Shown one piece after another: positions 63,037-64,000 of a stretch of DNA of 64,000 nt. Made by a program: the position numbers and the translations under genes. The notes under the pieces were generated by a model. The model worked only from the letters and a program-made list of their open reading frames with translations, was not told the DNA's origin and did not search any database. Numbering within the stretch: the stretch's first letter is position 1; every line of letters starts with the position of its first letter. This DNA comes from Bdellovibrionales bacterium (GTDB lineage: Bacteria > Bdellovibrionota > Bdellovibrionia > Bdellovibrionales > UBA1609). The stretch spans positions 448,001-512,000 of the forward strand of contig OZ244719.1 in the NCBI GenBank assembly GCA_965219095.1. The letters are read 5' to 3'.

Positions 63037-64000
63037 TACTTTAACCTCTGCTTCATTTCCTTTAAGTTAGCAAAGGAGCGTGAAATACGTCCTTGATGAT
63101 GAGTTCTCAGGTTTGCTATGTATTTCACTCTTTGCTCTGCTACATCAAAGGCTGCTTGGTGAGAGGTGATGTTTTTCTTTTTCGCTAAATCATAGACTTT
63201 CATTAAGTTATCATAAACTCTCAAAGTCTTTTCATTAGCTCTCACAGTAGAATAACCTTCAAGTTCAGCAAAAACATTCATAAGACCTCCAGCATTGATT
63301 ACAAAATCAGGAGCATAAAGGATTCCTAACTCTTCAAGAGCTTTAGAGTGGTTTTTTTCATCAGCTAATTGGTTGTTTGCTCCTCCTGCCACAATTGAGG
63401 CCTTTAATTGTGTTATGGTTCTGTCGTTAATGACGGAACCTAAAGCACAGGGAGCAAAAACATCACATTCTGCGGAAATAATATGCTCAGGTTTTGTAGC
63501 CTCTAATCCATACTTTTCTGCTATATCTTGTGTTCTGTTCTCGTTGATGTCACTGATAATTACCTTAGCCTTTTTTTCCACTAAATATTGAACTAAAAAA
63601 CTTCCCACCTGCCCTAAGCCCTGAACTGCTACACGTACTCCTTCTAGAGAATCGGTCTTAAGTTTTCTTTTCACAGAGGCTTTGATGCCCATAAGAACCC
63701 CATGAGCTGTATGGGGACTGGGATTTCCAGAACCTCCAAAAACTTCAGGGATTCCCGTAACATAAGGGGTTTCCATAAAGATATATTCCATATCCTTGAC
63801 CGTAGTTCCCACATCTTCTGCTGTAATGTAAAGGCCATTTAAAGAATTTACAAAAGTTCCAAAACTTCGAAGTAAAGCCTCTGACTTAGCTTTAGGGTCT
63901 CCTATGATCACAGCTTTTCCTCCTCCTAAGTTAAGACCTGCTACAGCTGCTTTATAAGTCATGCTTTTAGAAAGACGTAATACATCAATAAGAGCTTCTT
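63036..64000 (-). CDS. Leucine dehydrogenase (Glu/Leu/Phe/Val family), 5' end outside window
   Basis: MTYKAA..GGGKAV, YITAEDVGT, VQGLGQVG, GGANNQL, APDFVINAGG; frame open to the window edge. Confidence 0.93.
   Translation of the reverse strand, partial: EALIDVLRLSKSMTYKAAVAGLNLGGGKAVIIGDPKAKSEALLRSFGTFVNSLNGLYITAEDVGTTVKDMEYIFMETPYVTGIPEVFGGSGNPSPHTAHGVLMGIKASVKRKLKTDSLEGVRVAVQGLGQVGSFLVQYLVEKKAKVIISDINENRTQDIAEKYGLEATKPEHIISAECDVFAPCALGSVINDRTITQLKASIVAGGANNQLADEKNHSKALEELGILYAPDFVINAGGLMNVFAELEGYSTVRANEKTLRVYDNLMKVYDLAKKKNITSHQAAFDVAEQRVKYIANLRTHHQGRISRSFANLKEMKQRLK

Overview
AT-rich bacterial chromosome segment, probably Bdellovibrionota (inferred from DUF4423/TIGR02147-like genes and the pilin type). 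About 1-61100 is a composite genomic island; 61187-64000 is housekeeping (bamB, YfgM-like TPR protein, leucine dehydrogenase). The dominant structure is seven different, 5'-truncated type IV pilin cassettes. All start at the same core, TTATAGGAATTCTTGCAGCA (IGILAA), and none has the prepilin leader. Five sit tail-to-tail with a tyrosine integrase plus excisionase. The cores delimit five complete integrative elements (two large, three small) and one partial element, arranged as two mirror-image tandem arrays converging on one terminator at ~26390. The best reading is a family of pilA-targeting integrative elements whose attP carries a replacement variable pilin domain, so integration, excision or inversion would switch the expressed pilin; the expression site is not in the window. 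The two large elements share a backbone (int, xis, SSB-like gene, long hairpin, coupling-protein ATPase, HTH/DUF4423) but carry different defence-type cargo. One has a methyltransferase, PLD-SNF2 helicase, AlbA_2 protein and Clp-fold protease; the other has a Ubl/E2/JAB-E1/DUF6527-like operon and a TGT-like/nuclease operon. Many IS630, IS66, ISL3 and IS1634 copies and fragments are present. Family calls come from reading motifs, not from database searches.
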